From the IMG/VR virus record IMGVR_UViG_3300018495_000012, positions 2,556 through 66,555 of that record: a DNA stretch of 64,000 nucleotides; one strand, 5' to 3'. Source of the stretch: a virus. Taxonomy: Duplodnaviria > Caudoviricetes. The notes under the pieces were generated by a model. That model made no database searches. It had not been told where the DNA came from and saw only the letters and a list, made by a program, of their open reading frames with translations. Made by a program: the position numbers and the translations under genes. Shown here piece after piece: positions 58,996 through 64,000 of the stretch; the first letter of the stretch is position 1, and each line of letters starts with the position of its first letter.

Positions 58996-59418
58996 ATGCA
59001 ATACAATAATAAATTTGATTCAATATTAGAACGAATGTCTAAGATATTTCCGTCGATCCATGCAAAGGTTGTGAGCTGGTATCCAAGCGATAAAAGCGAA
59101 ATCGTTGTGATTCTTGATGACGGTGTTAAGATGGCATACGAAAGTTTTGATGATACGATACGTACTATCAAGTCTGAATACATATCTTCTGAGGTTATGG
59201 ATGAGGTGTCTTACAGAAAAAAGTTTTCGGACGCTCTCCGATATCAGATGAGGATGTCAGGAATAATGCAATACGAACTTTCCGAACAGACCGGAATATC
59301 TGTACAGACACTTAGCAAGTATTTGAGAGGTACGGCTACCCCAAGCGCATACAATATATTCAAGATTGCTAATGCTCTCGGATGTCCTATTTCAAAACTT
59401 ATAAGCTACGATATTTGA
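58996..59418 (+). CDS. Protein with C-terminal XRE HTH
   Basis: MQYELSEQTGISVQTLSKYLRG..PSAYNIFKIANALG. Confidence 0.8.
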   Translation: MQYNNKFDSILERMSKIFPSIHAKVVSWYPSDKSEIVVILDDGVKMAYESFDDTIRTIKSEYISSEVMDEVSYRKKFSDALRYQMRMSGIMQYELSEQTGISVQTLSKYLRGTATPSAYNIFKIANALGCPISKLISYDI

Positions 59419-59429
59419 AAGGAGAATGT

Positions 59430-59591
59430 AATATGGGATGGGTAATTAGTTTAATGCTTTTGATAGGCGGTGCTTTTACCAAGCAGACCTATACAGGTGA
59501 CGCAATACTTATTGCGAGTGCTTTGTTCGCAATTGCTGGTTCTTTAGGCGGAGCTGCAAATATATTAGTAAGTAAGATTAATAAACATTAA
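59430..59591 (+). CDS. Small two-TM protein
   Basis: MGWVISLMLLIGG..ILIASALFAIAG; RBS AAAGGAG; terminator 59603-59640. Confidence 0.6.
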   Translation, partial: NMGWVISLMLLIGGAFTKQTYTGDAILIASALFAIAGSLGGAANILVSKINKH

Positions 59592-59656
59592 TAAGTATTG
59601 TTAGAAGGGTCCGTGTAAATCACATGGGCTCTTCATTTTTATCCGTTTTCGGCAGA

Positions 59657-59681
59657 CGCGAAAAATACATGCCCTTTTATG
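59657..59681 (+). promoter_or_regulatory. Motif copy 19 (heads the nuclease-RNA polymerase operon)
   Basis: CGCG aaaaat ACA tgccctt TTATG. Confidence 0.75.
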
Positions 59682-59759
59682 AGAGAAAGAATAAAATGCG
59701 GTTTTTTATAAACATGCACTTTCTCTTTTATCTTTTAGAAGTGAAAGGAGAGAGTCACT

Positions 59760-60068
59760 ATGGCAAGAAGTTCAAGATTGGAAAGTGGTTTCCAAGATAG
59801 ACTTGTTGGCGAACTAAAAGAGATGTTTCCTGGCTGTATGGTTTTCAAGATGGACCAGTTCCAAGGTATCCCTGATTTATTGATATTGCATGAGGATAAA
59901 TGGGCGTCACTTGAGAATAAGAAAAGTAAGGATGCTAAGAAGCAACCGAACCAGGAGTATTATGTCGACAAAATGAACAAGATGTCATTCTCACGATTCG
60001 TTTGTCCCGAAAACAAGCAAGAGGTTCTAGAAGACCTAAGCAAGCACATGAGACAAAAGGAGAGATAA
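59760..60068 (+). CDS. VRR-NUC-like PD-(D/E)XK nuclease (possible Holliday junction resolvase)
   Basis: LESGFQ, GIPDLL, LENK, QPNQEYY. Confidence 0.75.
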   Translation: MARSSRLESGFQDRLVGELKEMFPGCMVFKMDQFQGIPDLLILHEDKWASLENKKSKDAKKQPNQEYYVDKMNKMSFSRFVCPENKQEVLEDLSKHMRQKER

Positions 60069-60069
60069 T

Positions 60070-60642
60070 ATGATATTGGAATTCAACAGACATAAAAATC
60101 TCGAAGGACTACATGCCCCATTCAGCGCAAGCCAATCTAGCTGGCTTCGATATGATGATGACAAAGTACTCGAAGTGTACAGTAATAAGAAAGCTGCTGA
60201 AATGGGAACCAAGTTACACCAATGGGCAAAAGATACTATTGATTTGAAAATTAAGCAACCAAAGTCGAATAAGACTCTGTATGCGTACGTAAACGACGCT
60301 ATAGGTTTTAAGATGTCGACAGAGGTTGTTTTATTTTATTCTCCAAGATTCTTCGGCACTGCCGATGCTATTTCGTTTAAGACTATCAACGGTAGAGGAT
60401 TCTTGAGAATACACGATTTAAAAACCGGAACTACAAAAGTAAAGATGGAACAGCTTATGGTATACGCCGCTCTGTTTTGTCTTGAGTATAAGATTAAACC
60501 GGGCGATATCGACTTTGAACTGAGAATCTATCAGAACAATGAGATTATCTATCATAATCCTACAGCGGAAGACATTCTTCCTATTATGGATAAGATTAAA
60601 CATTTAGACGAACTACTGGAAAGATACGAAGAGGAGGCTTGA
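60070..60642 (+). CDS. PD-(D/E)XK exonuclease-like protein
   Basis: GTKLH, FGTADAI, IHDLKTG, QLMVYA. Confidence 0.75.
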   Translation: MILEFNRHKNLEGLHAPFSASQSSWLRYDDDKVLEVYSNKKAAEMGTKLHQWAKDTIDLKIKQPKSNKTLYAYVNDAIGFKMSTEVVLFYSPRFFGTADAISFKTINGRGFLRIHDLKTGTTKVKMEQLMVYAALFCLEYKIKPGDIDFELRIYQNNEIIYHNPTAEDILPIMDKIKHLDELLERYEEEA

Positions 60643-60646
60643 TATT

Positions 60647-63619
60647 ATGAACCCTGTGGTTGAAGAAATGTGCGCCATCCTTGATGGTGATGAAGATATG
60701 TTAATGCATATCGGCGTAAAAAGACGTTCAGGGCGTTATCCCTGGGGTTCGGGTGAAGATCCGTATCAACGCCAGAATCTCGACTTTTTAGGTAGAGTTA
60801 AAGAGATGAAGGATAAGGGAATGCGCGAACCTGAAATCGCAAAAGCCCTTGAAATAGTTAATGATTTAGGCGAACCATCAACTGGTCGTCTCAGAGCTCA
60901 GGAAAGATGGGCTAAAGATGAAGTTAAGCTTATGAATATTCAGACAGCTAAACGTTACCGCGATAAAGAAAGAATGGGTCCTACTGAAATTGGTAGAGCG
61001 ATGGGTGTTCCTGAATCTACAGTTCGTGGCTGGTTGAAAGAAGAAGCTGAACTGAAAGTTAGAGAAGCTAGACAGACTGTTGACTTCTTAAGAGACCAAG
61101 TTAATCAGAAGAAAATGGTTGACGTAGGTACAGATGTTGAGCGAGAACTTAACATATCAAAAGAAAGACTCGTTGAAGCTTTAAACGTTCTTGAGAATGA
61201 AGGCTACCATATTTACAAAGGTGGTATTCCTCAGGCGACTAACCCTGGTAAACAGACTAACCAGAAAGTGTTAGCTACTCCTGAAACAGAGTATAAAGAA
61301 ATCTATGATTTCGATAAAGTTAAATCAGTAACTGATTACATATCCAGAGATGGTGGGGAAACTTATGAAAAGAAGTTCCATTATCCTGAAAGTTTGGATT
61401 CTAAACGCCTTATGATTCGTTATAAAGAAGATGGTGGTATTGATAAAGACGGTGTTATTGAGCTTCGTAGAGGTGTCGAAGATTTGTCGCTTGGTGAGTC
61501 TAGATATTCTCAGGTTCGTATAATGGTAAACGGCACGCACTATCTTAAAGGTATGGCCGTGTATTCCGATGATATGCCTGACGGCGTCGATGTAATATTC
61601 AATACTAACAAAACTAAAGATACTCCGGCGTTAGGTCCTAAAAATAATACAGTACTTAAGATTATTAAGAATGACCCTGACAATCCGTTCGGTTCTGCAA
61701 TTAAAGATGCTGAACAAGGCGGTCAATACTGGTATACAGATAAGAATGGTAAGAAGAAGCTTGGCCTCATCAATAAGCGTGCAGATGAAGGTGACTGGGA
61801 AGAATGGAAGGATGCACTTCCATCGCAGTTCCTCGGCAAACAGAACATTACAATGATAAAGAAGCAGCTTGGTATAGCTAAGGCTGATAAGATGGCAGAG
61901 TATGAAGAGATATGTTCACTCACTAATCCTACGATTAAGAAACATATGTTGGAAGACTTTGCTAATAACTGTGACGCTGCTGCTGTACACTTAAAGGCTG
62001 CCGCATTACCTGGTCAGAAGTACCATGTGATCATGCCTATCAACACACTTAAAGATACAGAGTGCTATGCTCCGAACTATAAAGATGGAACTAAGCTTGC
62101 TCTTGTTCGTTATCCTCATGGAGGCACATTCGAAATACCGATAGTAACAGTTAACAATAAGCATGCTGCTGGTAGAAAACTTTTAGGTACTGATGCAACT
62201 GATGCGATAGGTATCAATAGTAAAGTAGCTGAAAGATTATCCGGTGCTGACTTTGACGGCGACACTGTTATGGCTATACCTACTCATGATAGTAAAGGTA
62301 GAGTTAAGATAACCAACAGAGATCAGTTACCTGGATTGATTGGCTTCGATCCTAAGATGGCATATCCTGAGCGTCCTGGTATGAAGTATATGAAGAACAC
62401 TCAGACCGAGATGGGAATAATCTCAAACCTTATTACTGATATGACATTGATAGGCGCTAACGATGCTGACTTAGCTAAAGCGGTTAGACATAGCATGGTA
62501 GTAATCGATGCGGAAAAGCATAATCTTGACTATAAGAAGAGTGAGTTGGAGAACAATATTAAAGCATTAAAAGAAAAGTATCAGATAAAAGTGGATGAGA
62601 ACGGTGAGATAAAAACCGGAGGTGCATCTACAATATTATCTAGAGCGAAGGGCGAAATGTCCATTCCTAAGAGACAAGGTACTCCTAAGATCAATATTAA
62701 AGGTAGTAAGGACTATGATCCTAGTAGACCTGAGGGATCTCTTCTGTATAAAACAGCCGATGATCTTTGGTATCCAGTACGCAAGTACGATAAGAATACC
62801 GGTGAAGTAACTCTTAGGACTGATAATGGTAAAAAAATAGTATACAACATGAACGATAAAGACGCAGTCGACATGTACAACCCCGTCAAGAGAGTTAACG
62901 ATAAGACCGGAGAGATCTACTTCACAAATAAAACTGGCGATATCACATACCGTAAGGACTATAAGAAGGACCAGAGTACCAACATGGCAGAGACAGATGA
63001 TGCATACTCCCTGGTATCACAGATGAGACACCCCAAGGAGCTCGTGTATGCTGAGTACGCTAACGATATGAAAGCCCTTGCTAATAAGGCTAGAAAAGAG
63101 ATAGTTAATACTAAGAAGATAGCCTACTCTGCATCTGCTAAAGATACATACCGTGAAGAAGTACGTTCTCTTAATGACAAGCTTGATAATGCTAGACTGA
63201 ATGCTCCTAGGGAAAGAGCTGCTCAGCGTATAGCTAACTCTGTAATTAAATCTAAGACTGAATCTAATCCTAATATGTCAAAAGAAGATTTAAAGAAAGA
63301 GAGAAATAGAGCATTAAAAGTAGCTCGTCAAGAAGTCGGCGCTATAGCTAGACGTAAGAGAAACATAGATATTACTGATAGAGAATGGGAAGCTATACAA
63401 GCTGGTGCTGTCAGTGAAAACATACTTAAGAGTATACTTAACAACACTGATGCTGACAAACTAAGACAAAGAGCAACGCCTCGCGCTACTACTTCGCTTA
63501 GTCCTGGACAGATAAGTAGAATCAAAGCTATGAGCGCATCATATACACAAGCTCAGATCGCTGAGAAGCTTAACTTGTCACCTTCCGCAGTATCGAAAGC
63601 ATTGAAAGGAGCGAATTAA
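60647..63619 (+). CDS. Single-chain double-psi-beta-barrel RNA polymerase (YonO-like)
   Basis: LSGADFDGD (DFDGD 62249-62263), LVRYP (62108), several HTH-like segments; no partner beta/beta-prime gene in the window. Confidence 0.8.
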   Translation: MNPVVEEMCAILDGDEDMLMHIGVKRRSGRYPWGSGEDPYQRQNLDFLGRVKEMKDKGMREPEIAKALEIVNDLGEPSTGRLRAQERWAKDEVKLMNIQTAKRYRDKERMGPTEIGRAMGVPESTVRGWLKEEAELKVREARQTVDFLRDQVNQKKMVDVGTDVERELNISKERLVEALNVLENEGYHIYKGGIPQATNPGKQTNQKVLATPETEYKEIYDFDKVKSVTDYISRDGGETYEKKFHYPESLDSKRLMIRYKEDGGIDKDGVIELRRGVEDLSLGESRYSQVRIMVNGTHYLKGMAVYSDDMPDGVDVIFNTNKTKDTPALGPKNNTVLKIIKNDPDNPFGSAIKDAEQGGQYWYTDKNGKKKLGLINKRADEGDWEEWKDALPSQFLGKQNITMIKKQLGIAKADKMAEYEEICSLTNPTIKKHMLEDFANNCDAAAVHLKAAALPGQKYHVIMPINTLKDTECYAPNYKDGTKLALVRYPHGGTFEIPIVTVNNKHAAGRKLLGTDATDAIGINSKVAERLSGADFDGDTVMAIPTHDSKGRVKITNRDQLPGLIGFDPKMAYPERPGMKYMKNTQTEMGIISNLITDMTLIGANDADLAKAVRHSMVVIDAEKHNLDYKKSELENNIKALKEKYQIKVDENGEIKTGGASTILSRAKGEMSIPKRQGTPKINIKGSKDYDPSRPEGSLLYKTADDLWYPVRKYDKNTGEVTLRTDNGKKIVYNMNDKDAVDMYNPVKRVNDKTGEIYFTNKTGDITYRKDYKKDQSTNMAETDDAYSLVSQMRHPKELVYAEYANDMKALANKARKEIVNTKKIAYSASAKDTYREEVRSLNDKLDNARLNAPRERAAQRIANSVIKSKTESNPNMSKEDLKKERNRALKVARQEVGAIARRKRNIDITDREWEAIQAGAVSENILKSILNNTDADKLRQRATPRATTSLSPGQISRIKAMSASYTQAQIAEKLNLSPSAVSKALKGAN

Positions 63620-63622
63620 CAG

Positions 63623-63898
63623 ATGGGTAGAGCCGTTGCATTAACAACATTCGATAATCCTTTTGATCCATTTGAACAATTCGATTCTTGGTTCTTGTTC
63701 GATGTTGAGAAAGGTTACAATTCTTGTGGTTATTTAGCAAGAATAGCAAAAACTTCTGATACATTCTCTGATGAAGAGAACAATGCAGAAATAGAAAGAG
63801 CGATTGATGAAATAATTTTGTATGATTTCTTAAACATTTATAAGAAAGTAACAAAAGAGATCGCGGATCCTCCTGAAACAACGGAGACCGACACGTAA
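63623..63898 (+). CDS. Hypothetical 91-aa protein coupled to the RNA polymerase gene
   Basis: Starts 3 nt after the polymerase stop; LTTFDNPFDPF..W..FD..KGY. Confidence 0.7.
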   Translation: MGRAVALTTFDNPFDPFEQFDSWFLFDVEKGYNSCGYLARIAKTSDTFSDEENNAEIERAIDEIILYDFLNIYKKVTKEIADPPETTETDT

Positions 63899-63903
63899 AA
63901 GCA

Positions 63904-63990
63904 TAGGGGGGGGGTAGTCTAAAAAGCACCCCCTACCCAAATCGCCGCCCTCCTAAAAAATTCCCCGGAGGAAAAATTTGAAAAAGCATT
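63904..63990. other. G/C-rich hairpin and quasi-palindrome, candidate packaging-site region
   Basis: G9 run 63906-63914 pairs with CCCCCTA 63929-63935; AAAAATTCCCCGGAGGAAAAATTTGAAAAA at 63956. Confidence 0.35.
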
Positions 63991-64000
63991 TATATTTTCA

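Noticed and set aside
29221-59681. TATTAT in many motif copies as an ordinary sigma-A -10 box
   Set aside because: Only TTAT is shared by nearly all copies, there is no TTGACA at the right distance, and the RBS or RNA stems start right after it; not fully excluded without start-site data

Overview
The window is most of a temperate tailed-phage (siphovirus-type) genome. The host is most likely a Bacillota/Clostridia bacterium, inferred from the CW_7 amidase, Dp-1-type holin and strong AGGAGG ribosome sites. Order on the + strand: terminase; papain-fold toxin plus a small downstream gene; portal; protease-capsid fusion; head-tail and tail genes; amidase; ~2,600-aa tape measure; baseplate/fibre genes; holin (to ~29.2 kb). 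Next are an intact 50-bp attP, a large serine integrase and a repressor/Cro switch (29.7-32.1 kb), then an array of tiny self-contained expression cassettes (32.6-37.8 kb). After that come a family of membrane-anchored paralogues, a helicase-primase-PolB fusion, SSB, SF2 helicase, RtcB, a ThyX-like protein, a lytic transglycosylase, a palindromic iteron-like region (58.6-59.0 kb) and two nucleases. Near the end is a 990-aa DFDGD-type (YonO-like) single-chain RNA polymerase. Main candidate system: the RNA polymerase, together with a 19-copy fixed-spacing motif CGCG-N6-(A/G/T)CA-N7-TTAT(G/A) that behaves like a compact phage promoter, plus a His-containing leader shared by the capsid linker, the polymerase, the toxin and one small protein. 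Together these suggest a capsid-packaged, protease-matured RNA polymerase and toxin. All family assignments come from motif recognition by eye; no database search was run. No small terminase was recognised, so the window is probably not the whole genome.
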